A DNA stretch of 64,000 bases from Spirochaetia bacterium. GTDB lineage: Bacteria > Spirochaetota > Spirochaetia > SZUA-6 > Bin103. Location of the stretch: assembly GCA_965203905.1 (NCBI GenBank), contig CBDBDQ010000005.1:160001-224000 (forward strand). The letters are read 5' to 3'. A model generated the notes under the pieces. That model was given only the letters and a program-made list of their open reading frames with translations, had not been told where the DNA came from and ran no database searches. Below are positions 1 to 9,201 of the stretch, piece by piece; the stretch's first letter is position 1, and every line of letters starts with the position of its first letter. The position numbers and the translations under genes are program-made.

Positions 1-476
1 ATCGCCACCCGCTGCTGCTGGCCGCCGGAGAGCTGACCGGGGTACTTGTGCGCCTGCTCGGGTATCTTCACCCGCTCCAGGAACTCCATCGCCACACCAT
101 CGGCTTCCTCTTTGGAGACCTTCCGCACCCAGACCGGCGCCAGCGTGCAGTTCTGCAGCACCGTCAGGTGAGGGAACAGGTTGAACTGCTGGAACACCAT
201 GCCGACCTCGCGGCGAATGGCGTCGATGTTCTTGAGGTCGTTGGTGAGCTCGGTGCCCTCAACCACGATCGATCCCTGCTGGTGCTCCTCCAGCCGGTTG
301 ATACAGCGAATCAGCGTCGACTTGCCGGAACCCGAGGGACCGCAGATGACGATGCGCTCCTGCCGCGTCACCGTGAGGTCGATGTCGCGCAGCACGTGCA
401 GGGCACCGAACCACTTGTTGAGGCCGGCGATGCGGATGATCGGCTCGTGGGCAGATGCGTGGTCGGTGTCTGACAT
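1..476 (-). CDS. aapP: Amino acid ABC transporter ATP-binding protein (AapP/BztD type), 3' end runs off window
   Basis: Manual translation from ATG 476: MSDTDHASAHEPIIRIAGLNKWFG...GPSGSGKSTLIRCINRLE...GMVFQQFNLFPHLTV...YPGQLSGGQQQRVA; last gene of the operon. Confidence 0.93.
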   Translation of the reverse strand, partial: MSDTDHASAHEPIIRIAGLNKWFGALHVLRDIDLTVTRQERIVICGPSGSGKSTLIRCINRLEEHQQGSIVVEGTELTNDLKNIDAIRREVGMVFQQFNLFPHLTVLQNCTLAPVWVRKVSKEEADGVAMEFLERVKIPEQAHKYPGQLSGGQQQRVA

Positions 477-492
477 GCTTCGCTCCTTGTCC

Positions 493-1713
493 TTAGCGAC
501 GGGTGGTGTCGAGACGCCTCTCCAGGTTGATCGAGTAGCGCGACATGGAGAAGCAGATTACGAAGAAGAACAGCGCCGCGAGCAGGAAGGTCTCGTGATC
601 GACCTTGCCGATCCAGTCCGGGTTGGTCTGCAGCAGCCGCGCCTGGCCCAGAATGTCGAACAGGCCGATCGTGATCACCAGGGTGGTGTCCTTGAACAGC
701 CCGATGAAGGTATTGACGATCCCCGGAATCGAGATCTTCAGCGCCTGCGGCAGGACGACCAGGCGCATCATCTTCCAGTAGCTCAAACCGACAGCCTGCG
801 CCGCCTCGTACTGGCCGCTCGGAATCGCCTGCAGACCGCCGCGGATCACCTCCGCCATGTAGGCCGAGGAGAAGGCGGTGATCATCACCATGATGCGGAT
901 GAGCTGATCGAGCGAAACGCCCGCCGGCAGGAACAACTCCAGGATGATGATCGCCACGAACAGCAGCGTGATCAGCGGCACCCCGCGCACCACCTCGATG
1001 AAGCCGACGGAGGCCAGCCGGACCACCGGCAGGCTCGAGCGCCGGCCGAGCGCGAGCAGGATCCCGATCGGCAGCGACAGCACGATGCCGGCAAGTCCCG
1101 CCACCAGGTTGAGCATGAAGCCGCCGAACTGGTCGGTGGAGATGCTGCGAATGCCAAACAGGCTGCCGACGACCTCTCCCTGCTCGTCGTATATCGGCAA
1201 CCCGCCAACCAGCAGAAAGCCGGCGATCAGCACGTAGGCGATCGAGAAACGGCGGCCGTAGCGGGCGTAGGGAAGCTTGTCGAACAGCACGTACGCCACC
1301 GCCGGAATCAGCAGAATCACGGCGACGTTGACCCGCCAGTAGGAATCTGCAGGGTAGAAGCCGTAGAGGAACTGAGTGATGCGTTGGTCGACCCACGCCC
1401 AGCAGGCGCCCTCGCCGGTACACTCCTCCCCGATAACGCCGCTGAAGTCGGCTTGGAACAGGGCCCAACCGAGCAGCGGCGGAATGATGCGCCACAGCAG
1501 CACCAGCGCGACGATGGTCAGCACCGTGTTCAGCCAATTCGAAAACAGGTTGGCGCGCAGCCAGCCGATCACGCCCACGGTGGTGACCGGGGCCGGGCGG
1601 CCGGGCAGCATGTCCGCCCGGCTGCGGTGGAACGCGCCATTGGCGCGGGCCTGCCCCGCGGCTTCGGGATCGCTCACCGTTCCCGACGATTTCATCGATC
1701 TATACGTTCTCAT
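493..1713 (-). CDS. aapM: Amino acid ABC transporter permease (AapM/BztC type)
   Basis: WLRANLFS, GACW, FIEVVRGVPLI, SAYMAEVIRGGLQAIPSGQYEAA (EAA loop), FKDTTLV. Confidence 0.92.
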   Translation of the reverse strand: MRTYRSMKSSGTVSDPEAAGQARANGAFHRSRADMLPGRPAPVTTVGVIGWLRANLFSNWLNTVLTIVALVLLWRIIPPLLGWALFQADFSGVIGEECTGEGACWAWVDQRITQFLYGFYPADSYWRVNVAVILLIPAVAYVLFDKLPYARYGRRFSIAYVLIAGFLLVGGLPIYDEQGEVVGSLFGIRSISTDQFGGFMLNLVAGLAGIVLSLPIGILLALGRRSSLPVVRLASVGFIEVVRGVPLITLLFVAIIILELFLPAGVSLDQLIRIMVMITAFSSAYMAEVIRGGLQAIPSGQYEAAQAVGLSYWKMMRLVVLPQALKISIPGIVNTFIGLFKDTTLVITIGLFDILGQARLLQTNPDWIGKVDHETFLLAALFFFVICFSMSRYSINLERRLDTTRR

Positions 1714-2843
1714 CGTTCTACCAGCGCGATGCGGCGGTTGTACCAGTTCATGAACGCGGAGGTGAGCAGGCTCAGGAACAGGTAGCTGATCATGAAGATG
1801 GAGATCACCTCAAGCGCCTGACCGCTCTGGTTCAGGACGGTGTTTCCGATCGAGACCAGATCCTGGTAGCCGATGGCCACGGCCAGCGAGGAGTTCTTGG
1901 TCAGATTCAGGTACTGGCTGGTCAGGGGCGGGACGATGGCGCGCAGCGCCTGCGGCAGGATGATCTTGCGCAGCGTGAGCCCGGACGGCAGGCCGAGCGC
2001 GCCGGCCGCCTCGGTCTGCCCCCTGTTGACCGACAGAATGCCGGCGCGCACGATCTCGGAGATGAAGGCGCCGGTATAGGTCGCCAGGGCGATCCACAGG
2101 GCGACCAGCTCCGGCGTGACGTTGAAACCGCCCTGCAGGTTGAACCTGCCCATCACCGGCATGTCGAAGGCGACGGGGCGGCCCATGATGAAGTACATGA
2201 GCAGCGGCAGCCCGGCGATCAGCGCCAGCCCGGTCCAGCCCACCGGGAATTTTTCGCCAGTGGCGTCCTGACGGATCCTGGCCCAGCGCGCCAGAATCAC
2301 GGTCGCCGCGATGGCGACGACCAGCCCGATCAGGATCACGATCGAGCCCTCGCCGAACACCGGCGCCGGCATCCGCACGCCGCGGTTGCTGAGGTACACG
2401 GTGTTGGCGATGTTGATGCTGTCGCGCACCCGCGGCAGCGCCAGCAGGATCACCCACCAGAAGATGATCTGCAGCAGCAACGGCACGTTGCGGGTGAACT
2501 CGACGTAGACGGTGACGATCTTGCTGACCAGGAAGTTGCGCGACAGGCGCAACACGCCGGCAAGAAAGCCGATGATGGTGGCCGCGACTATGCCTAGGGC
2601 AGCCACCAGGATGGTGTTGAGGCCGCCGACGATGAACGCACGCCCATAGGTGTGCGTCGAATCGTATTCGATGAGCCGTTGATTGATGTCGAACGCGGAC
2701 GTATCGAACAGGAAGCCGTAACCCGCCGTAAGCCCGTATCGCTGCAGGTTGGCGATCGTGTTCGAGACGATGAACGCGATGAAGAGCGCCGCCCCCAGCA
2801 CCAGCAGGAGCTGCAGGACGAGGCTGCGCGGAGAACCGCTCAT
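1710..2843 (-). CDS. aapQ: Amino acid ABC transporter permease (AapQ/BztB type)
   Basis: YVEFTRNVPLLLQ, EIVRAGILSVNRGQTEAA, YLNLTKNSSLAVAIGY; start moved to ATG 2843 to avoid overlap with aapJ. Confidence 0.9.
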   Translation of the reverse strand: MSGSPRSLVLQLLLVLGAALFIAFIVSNTIANLQRYGLTAGYGFLFDTSAFDINQRLIEYDSTHTYGRAFIVGGLNTILVAALGIVAATIIGFLAGVLRLSRNFLVSKIVTVYVEFTRNVPLLLQIIFWWVILLALPRVRDSINIANTVYLSNRGVRMPAPVFGEGSIVILIGLVVAIAATVILARWARIRQDATGEKFPVGWTGLALIAGLPLLMYFIMGRPVAFDMPVMGRFNLQGGFNVTPELVALWIALATYTGAFISEIVRAGILSVNRGQTEAAGALGLPSGLTLRKIILPQALRAIVPPLTSQYLNLTKNSSLAVAIGYQDLVSIGNTVLNQSGQALEVISIFMISYLFLSLLTSAFMNWYNRRIALVER

Positions 2844-2889
2844 GAGCGGTCCTCCGCGGCGGCCAGACGATGTAGACCTGCTTGGCGGT

Positions 2890-3915
2890 CTACCGGAACG
2901 GCGGTGCGTAGAGGATGCCTCCATCCTTGTACAGCGCGTTCAGCCCACGTTGCAGGCCCAGCGCAGTGTCCGGACCGATGTACCTGTCGAAGATCTCGGC
3001 GTAGTTGCCCTCCGCCGCAATCGCGCGCACGGCCCACTTCGCGTCAAGCCCGAGCATCTCGCCGTAGCTGCCCTCGGAGCCGAGCATGCGGTTGATCTCC
3101 GGATGGTCGGTGCCCATGGCCATGTCCTCCACGTTGCCCTGGTTCACGCCAAGCTCCTCGGCGATAATCAGCGCGTTGAGCACCCAGCGTGCGATGTCCG
3201 CCCACTGGTCGTCACCGTGGCGTACGAGCGGCCCCAGCGGCTCCTTGGAGATGATCTCCGGATACACCATGTGCGCGTCCGGATCGTCGAAGGTCGCCTT
3301 GGTCGCTGCCAGGCCGGATGCATCCGTGGTGTACACGTCACAACGGTCGGCCTCATAGGCGGCACGTGCCTCGGCGTTGGTCTCGATCGGCACCGGCTCG
3401 TAGCTCATGTTGTTGGTGCGGAAGAAGTCCGCCAGGTTGAGCTCGGTGGTGGTGCCGGTCTGGATGCAAATCGACGCGCCGTCCAGCTCCGTGGCGCTCA
3501 TGACGCCCAGCGCCGTGCGCCCGATGAAGCCCTGACCGTCGTAGTAGTTGACACCCACGAAGGTCAGACCCAGGTCGACGTCGCGCGACAGCGTCCAGGT
3601 GGTGTTGCGCGCCAGCACGTCGATCTCACCCGCCTGCAGTGCCGGGAAGCGGTTCGCGCCGGTCAGGTTGACAAACGAGATCTTGTCCGGGTCTCCAAGG
3701 ACGGCGGCGGCCAGCGCGCGGCAATAGGCCACGTCGAACCCGGTCCAGCGCCCCATGTCGTCAGTGAAGCCGAATCCGGCGAGGCCGGTGTTGATGCCGC
3801 ACTTCAATTCGTCAGCGGCCTGTACATCTTCCAGTGTCCCCGCCTGCACGGCGAAGACCCCCACGAGCGCCACCGCGGCGGCGAGCAACACCACCTTCAC
3901 GTGAACTCTCATCAT
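2890..3915 (-). CDS. aapJ: General L-amino acid ABC transporter substrate-binding protein (AapJ/BztA type)
   Basis: Signal peptide, GFDVAYCRALAAAV, RNTTWTLSRD, ISKEPLGP, GGILYAPPFR; AGGAGG RBS upstream. Confidence 0.94.
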   Translation of the reverse strand: MMRVHVKVVLLAAAVALVGVFAVQAGTLEDVQAADELKCGINTGLAGFGFTDDMGRWTGFDVAYCRALAAAVLGDPDKISFVNLTGANRFPALQAGEIDVLARNTTWTLSRDVDLGLTFVGVNYYDGQGFIGRTALGVMSATELDGASICIQTGTTTELNLADFFRTNNMSYEPVPIETNAEARAAYEADRCDVYTTDASGLAATKATFDDPDAHMVYPEIISKEPLGPLVRHGDDQWADIARWVLNALIIAEELGVNQGNVEDMAMGTDHPEINRMLGSEGSYGEMLGLDAKWAVRAIAAEGNYAEIFDRYIGPDTALGLQRGLNALYKDGGILYAPPFR

Positions 3916-4094
3916 CAGCTTACCTCCTGTAGCAAACTGTACGTTAAGTCCTGGAACCTCCCAGGTAGAGCCATAGCGTAAACCGCATGGGGCGTTGTTT
4001 GCAAATCACTCGCTCTGCCGCTCCCACGCCATCATAGACCTGTCTCCACGTTCAGTGTACCGCACAAGTGGCGTACCGCGCGAAGGACGAGGTG

Positions 4095-4979
4095 TCAGGT
4101 ACGCCAGCGGTGTGGACGGGTGCTCAGCTCCGGGAAGCCGAGCCGCGAGCACAGTTCCAGGAACGGCGCTCGCGGCACGCCGTCCCAGGCGAGGTCGGCG
4201 AGCTCCTCGGCAAGCGGCACGTCCTGGCGCAAGGTGGTGAGCAGGCGGTACAGCCTCACGTCCTCTTCCGCGGCTCGCAGATTCTCCGCCAGCGCCTTGC
4301 GGCCGCGCACCGCCACTGCCCAGTTCGCGGCGTCGCGTGGGATATCGTCCACCGTACTGTAGTAGGAGAGCGTAGCGGCCGCCGACTTGGCGCCCCAGCG
4401 CGGGATTCCTGGGATGCCGTCCGCGCTGTCCCCCACCAGGGCGAGGTAGTCGGGAATCGATGCCGGCGACACGCCGAACTTGTCACGCACGCCGTCCTCG
4501 TCCAGATCGCTGTCGCGCATTCGGTTGCGCGTGACGATCCGCGTGCCCTGCACCAGTTGGGTGAGATCCTTGTCGGGCGAGCAGATGATGATCTGCTCCA
4601 CTTCCGAATGATCGCGCCAGCGGGCGACGGCAGTAGCCAGGGCGTCATCGGCCTCGAACTCGATCATCGGCCACACCACGACGCCGAGACTGCGCACCGC
4701 CTCCTCGGCGGTCCCGAACTGTGCAAGCAACTCCTCGGGTACGCCCTCGCCGGACTTGTAGCCGGGAAAGAGGTCGTTGCGGAACGACTCGATCACATGG
4801 TCGAACGCCACCGCGATGTGTTCCACCTGCTCGCGACGCAGCAGGGCCAGCAGCGACTGCACCAGTCCGCGCACCGCACCGTTGGACGCCGGCCGCTGAT
4901 CCGCGCCCCGGTGGTTGCGGAAGTCGGCGTAGTAGGCGCGGAACAGCTCGTAGGTGCCGTCGACGAGGTACAGCCTCAT
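4095..4979 (-). CDS. Stand-alone 5'-3' exonuclease / flap endonuclease
   Basis: LVDGTYELFRAYY, FEADDALA, SPDKDLTQL, helix-3-turn-helix LALVGDSADGIPGIPRWGAKSA; no polymerase domain. Confidence 0.92.
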   Translation of the reverse strand: MRLYLVDGTYELFRAYYADFRNHRGADQRPASNGAVRGLVQSLLALLRREQVEHIAVAFDHVIESFRNDLFPGYKSGEGVPEELLAQFGTAEEAVRSLGVVVWPMIEFEADDALATAVARWRDHSEVEQIIICSPDKDLTQLVQGTRIVTRNRMRDSDLDEDGVRDKFGVSPASIPDYLALVGDSADGIPGIPRWGAKSAAATLSYYSTVDDIPRDAANWAVAVRGRKALAENLRAAEEDVRLYRLLTTLRQDVPLAEELADLAWDGVPRAPFLELCSRLGFPELSTRPHRWRT

Positions 4980-4989
4980 CAGCGGCCGG

Positions 4990-5838
4990 CTACCCGGCGA
5001 GTTGCTGAGGGGGGATGGTGTCCGCCTCCGGGCGCTCCACCGCCCGCCAGTATCCGCTGGGATCGCAGCCGCGGGCGATGATGGCGCTCGGCTCCTCCAC
5101 CTCGCCGGCGTGGCGCACGTCGGGCGGCATGTAGCGAATGGTCAGCCCGCAGCGGCGCCGCCCCGAGAGGTTGGGCAGCGACCCGTGCAACAGCATGTCG
5201 GTGTGCAGCGAGAGCTGGCCGGCACGCAACTCCACCGATACCGGCGTACCGAATCGTTCCGGGTTGTGCACGTGTTCGTTGAGCACCCCGTTCTCCTCGT
5301 CGGTGACGTACTCGAAGGGAATGATTCCGCGCAGGTGGGTGCCGGGCCAGAGCTGCATGGCGCCGTTGGCTTCGTCCACGTCGTCGATGGCGATCCAGGC
5401 GGTGACAACCTTGCTCGGGGTTATCGCCCAGAACTGGGCGTCCTGGTGCCAGTACACCGCCTTGCTGTCGGTGGGGTTCTTCGAGAAGTAGTGGGTCATG
5501 ATGCAGATGATGTTGGGCCCGACGATGTCTTCCACGTAGTCGAGCATGCGGGGGTGGCAAACCAGGTCATACAGACCGCGGCAGTGGTTGTGCCAGCCGT
5601 TCACGGCGTAGTTGTCCAGTCCGGCCGCCGTCGCCATCTCCAGCAGCCGATCGAAATAGGCGCGCTGGGCCGCGGTCTCTTCGGCATCGAGCAACTCCAA
5701 CGGAAAGACATAGCCGTGCTGATTGAAGTGTGCGATCTGCTCGGCCGAGAGGTGGCGCGGAGCTCCGTCGGCCACCGGGAAGAAGCGCAGGTCACGCTCC
5801 AGGCCGGGATGAGCATCGGTGACAGGCATGGGCACCAT
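4990..5838 (-). CDS. Phytanoyl-CoA dioxygenase (PhyH) family Fe(II)/2-oxoglutarate oxygenase
   Basis: WHQD (HxD), TAWIAIDD, NGAM, LLHGS..N.S..RR. Confidence 0.9.
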   Translation of the reverse strand: MVPMPVTDAHPGLERDLRFFPVADGAPRHLSAEQIAHFNQHGYVFPLELLDAEETAAQRAYFDRLLEMATAAGLDNYAVNGWHNHCRGLYDLVCHPRMLDYVEDIVGPNIICIMTHYFSKNPTDSKAVYWHQDAQFWAITPSKVVTAWIAIDDVDEANGAMQLWPGTHLRGIIPFEYVTDEENGVLNEHVHNPERFGTPVSVELRAGQLSLHTDMLLHGSLPNLSGRRRCGLTIRYMPPDVRHAGEVEEPSAIIARGCDPSGYWRAVERPEADTIPPQQLAG

Positions 5839-5913
5839 TTATGCCATGTGCTACCGGAGCATGCAAGTCAAGCTGCGTGAGCTGCGTACTTGCTCAATGG
5901 GCCGCGCCTTCGG

Positions 5914-6564
5914 TCAGCGCCGTCGGGCGACGATGAGCCCGTCGCGAATCGGCACCAGGGTAGTGATCCAGGCGTCGTCGCCAGTGACCATGCGGGTGAA
6001 TTCACGCACGCCATCGAGATCGGCACCGCTCGCCTCCGGATCGAAGACGCGCCCGCGCAGCAGCATGTTGTCGATGATCAGCACACCGCCCGGGCGCAGC
6101 TTGGCAGCGATCACCGGCAGCGCCGCGGGGTAGCCGTCCTTGTCGATGTCGTTGAAGATCAGGTCGAAGCTGGCGTCCTCCTCCGCGGTGAGCGCCTGCA
6201 CTGCCTCACCGACGTGGTAGCGTACCAGGTCGCCGTAGCCCAGTGCCGCCAGGTGGCGGCGGGCACGCTGCGACAGCTCTTCGTCCCACACCACGTGATG
6301 CACTGCACCGCCCCCGTTTTCCTGGACCGCACGACAGAACCAGGCGGTGGAATAGCCGTAGCCGGAGCCGAGCTCGTACACCTGGCGGGCGCCGATCATG
6401 CGCGCCACCAGGTAGCACAGATTGCCCGAGGCGGGACCCACTATCGGGAAGCGATGCTCCCGTGCCCACTGCTCCATGGATACCAGCTCGGGATGCCGTG
6501 CCGGCACCAGGCCATCCAGGTAGCTGCCCAACTGCTGCGAAAGAGGAGGCGTCGTATCTGCCAT
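5914..6564 (-). CDS. SAM-dependent O-methyltransferase (Methyltransf_3 type)
   Basis: C-terminal part of ORF 5914..7335 from ATG 6564; ELGSGYGYS, FDLIFNDIDKDGY, LRPGGVLIIDNML. Confidence 0.88.
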   Translation of the reverse strand: MADTTPPLSQQLGSYLDGLVPARHPELVSMEQWAREHRFPIVGPASGNLCYLVARMIGARQVYELGSGYGYSTAWFCRAVQENGGGAVHHVVWDEELSQRARRHLAALGYGDLVRYHVGEAVQALTAEEDASFDLIFNDIDKDGYPAALPVIAAKLRPGGVLIIDNMLLRGRVFDPEASGADLDGVREFTRMVTGDDAWITTLVPIRDGLIVARRR

Positions 6565-6626
6565 CGTGGGTCCAGCCTGAACCGCGCGGCGCGGTCGTGG
6601 CAAGCACCGGGCGGTGGCGAGACTGG

Positions 6627-8294
6627 TCAGGTGCCCGGCGCCAGCAGGGCGGCGACCTCCGCGTGCCCGCGGCGTTGCGCCCAGGCGTGCGGCTGCGCCC
6701 ACGCCGGCACCGCCGCCGGTTCCGGACGCGGTCCCCGCTGCGCCAGCAGGAAGCGCACGAACTCCGGCTGTCCGCAGCGCGCCGCCCAACCCAGGGGCGT
6801 GGAGCGGAACTCCTCGTCCACCGCGTCGAGGTCGGCGCCGAACTCCAGGAACAGCTCGGCGGACTTGACGTCGCCGCGCGCGGCGATGTGGTGCAGCGGC
6901 CGGATCTGCTGCCAATTGGGCAGATCGGGGTCCATCCCCTGTTCCAACAGCAAACGCGCCAGAGGCAGCGAGAGCCACAGGTAGGTCTGACAGTAGGTGA
7001 CCACCGGCGGCACGCGGAGCCCGCGCGCCAGCAGCAGGCGCAGCAACCCCTCGTGGCCTGCCTGGATGCAGTGAGGAAACGCCTGCTCCACCGCCGTTGC
7101 GTCGAACAACTCCGGTCGCGCCTCCAGCAGGGCCGCGACGGTGTCGACGTCGCCGCGGTAGCAGTGGGCTGCGAGCCCCATCCGGCCGCCGTAACGGTAA
7201 AGCAGCGCCCGCAACTCGGCGCTGGCCGCGGCCGTGGTGGGAGTCCCGGAAGACTCCACCTCGGCGTTCGGGTCGGCGCCTGCCGCCAGCAGCAGCGCGA
7301 CGATTTCCTGATGGCCATGGTGGGCCGCTGCCCACAGCGCGAAGCCGCGCGGGCAGTTCTGCCCCTCCGGCAGATTGGGGTCGGCACCGGCCGCCAGCAG
7401 CCGGCGCACGATTGCCAGGTGGCCGCGTTCCGCGGCGGCGGACAGCGGCCGCTTACCACACGCCTCGGCCAGATTGGCCGTAGCGGCATCGGCGCGGATC
7501 AGCTCCTCCACGCGCGTCTCGTCGCCCAGAGCGGCAGCTATCGTCGGTGAATAGTCCGCGCCGCGGTCAAGCAGGTGCCGAGCCAGCGCCAGGTCGTCGC
7601 GCCGCCCCCAGTACGGGTCGCGCCACAGAGCCAGCACCACGGGGCGGAAGCCGGCCCCTCCGAGCCGGTCGTCGCCGCCGAAGCCAGGTGCGTCGATGTC
7701 CGCGCCGGCGTCCAGCAGCAGGTCGACCAGGTCCCCGCGCCCGGCCGCCACGGCGTAGTGCAGCGGCCTCCGGCCAAGATGGTCGCCGCGGTCGACGAGG
7801 CGGGGATCGTCCGCCAGCAGGCGCGCCAGCCCTGCCGCGTCGCCGCCGACAACTGCCGCGTGCACGGCGTGCCGGACGCCCGCGGAGGAAAGGCGCCGAT
7901 CAAGAGTCTCGCGCAGAAACCGGGCGACCTGCGGGTGGCCGCGATCGTCGGCCATCTGCAACAGGGTGTCGTTACCGTACAGGGTGTTGCGATGGCTGAG
8001 ATCAGCTCCGGCGGACACCAGCAACCGCACCGCCTCCAGGTGTCCCTCGCGCACGGCGAAGTGCAACGGCTGCATGTACCAGTAGCCGGCGGCCACCAGG
8101 CTGGGATCTCGCTCCAGGGCGCCGCGAAGCGAATCCAGGTCGCCGGCGCGGGCCGCGGTCAGCACTTGCCAGACGTCCTCGCCGCGCCAGCCGCCGCTGC
8201 CGTACCGAGTGCCGGCGCCAAGCTCCTGTGGCCGCAGCAGGCGGGGCCCTTCCACGGTACGACGCAGTGTGCAGAAGGGACGCCAACGCGACAA
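6627..8294 (-). CDS. Ankyrin repeat protein (start uncertain)
   Basis: Many ANK motifs: QPLHFAVREGHLEAVRLLVSAGAD, RPLHYAVAAGRGDLVDLLLDAGADID, TPLGWAARCGQPEFVRFLL. Confidence 0.92.
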   Translation of the reverse strand: MSRWRPFCTLRRTVEGPRLLRPQELGAGTRYGSGGWRGEDVWQVLTAARAGDLDSLRGALERDPSLVAAGYWYMQPLHFAVREGHLEAVRLLVSAGADLSHRNTLYGNDTLLQMADDRGHPQVARFLRETLDRRLSSAGVRHAVHAAVVGGDAAGLARLLADDPRLVDRGDHLGRRPLHYAVAAGRGDLVDLLLDAGADIDAPGFGGDDRLGGAGFRPVVLALWRDPYWGRRDDLALARHLLDRGADYSPTIAAALGDETRVEELIRADAATANLAEACGKRPLSAAAERGHLAIVRRLLAAGADPNLPEGQNCPRGFALWAAAHHGHQEIVALLLAAGADPNAEVESSGTPTTAAASAELRALLYRYGGRMGLAAHCYRGDVDTVAALLEARPELFDATAVEQAFPHCIQAGHEGLLRLLLARGLRVPPVVTYCQTYLWLSLPLARLLLEQGMDPDLPNWQQIRPLHHIAARGDVKSAELFLEFGADLDAVDEEFRSTPLGWAARCGQPEFVRFLLAQRGPRPEPAAVPAWAQPHAWAQRRGHAEVAALLAPGT

Positions 8295-8397
8295 GGGAGC
8301 ACCGCAGCAGAATCGCTGCGCGCGCTTGGGTCGATCCTATCCGAACCAGATGCCGAGGTACTTGGTGAACCAGAATACGGCGGCGTAGGTGGCGGCC

Positions 8398-9201
8398 TTA
8401 CGGCAACAACTCCGCGATGACCGGCGCGTGATCGCTGGCGATCATCCCCTCCTTCTTCTTGCGGTAGTCGCGGTCGATCCACACCTCCCGGGTGTACCCC
8501 GTCAGCTCCCCGGTCGCCAGCAGGAAGTCGATGCGCAGGCCCAGATTCTTGTGGAAGTTGCCGGCCCGGTAGTCCCACCAGGAAAAGTGGCTTCCTTCGG
8601 GGTGGCGATGACGGTAGAGGTCGTTCAGACCGAGCGCGGTCAGCGCGCCGAACCGCTCCCGCTCGTCGGGAGTGTGGAAGATCTTGCCCTGCCAGGTGGC
8701 CTCGTCCCAGGTGTCGAGGGGGCCGGGACAGAGGTTGAAGTCGCCGCCCACCACCAGCGCGCCGGATCCGGCCAGTTCCTGGCGCACGAACGGCACCAGC
8801 GCGTCGAGAAACGTCAGCTTGTGGGCGAATTCCTGATGTCCGACGCGGCGCCCGTTGGGCACGTACACGGAGATGCAGGAGAGCGTACCGAGGCCGGTCA
8901 GCTCCACCTCGGCGCCCACCAGCCGCGCGCCCTGCTCCTCCAGCCCGGGCAGGCCGCGAGTCACCGGCCGGAGCGCGCCGATGCTGGCGCTGCGGGCCAG
9001 AATGGCAACCCCGTTCCAGCTCTTCTGGCCGTGCACTACCGCCTGGTAGCCGGCCTCCTCCAGCTCCGCGTGGGGGAACCGGTCGGCGCTCAGCTTCAGC
9101 TCCTGCAGCAGCACCAGGTCCGGCGCACGCGCCTGCAGCCAGTGGCGCACGAACCCCAGGCGCGCCTGCATCCCGTTGATATTCCAGGTGGCGATGATCA
9201 T
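8398..9201 (-). CDS. xth: Exodeoxyribonuclease III
   Basis: IATWNING, LQELK, SWNGVAIL, SVYVPNG, GGDFN, FSWWDYR, GLRIDFLL, SDHAPV. Confidence 0.95.
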   Translation of the reverse strand: MIIATWNINGMQARLGFVRHWLQARAPDLVLLQELKLSADRFPHAELEEAGYQAVVHGQKSWNGVAILARSASIGALRPVTRGLPGLEEQGARLVGAEVELTGLGTLSCISVYVPNGRRVGHQEFAHKLTFLDALVPFVRQELAGSGALVVGGDFNLCPGPLDTWDEATWQGKIFHTPDERERFGALTALGLNDLYRHRHPEGSHFSWWDYRAGNFHKNLGLRIDFLLATGELTGYTREVWIDRDYRKKKEGMIASDHAPVIAELLP

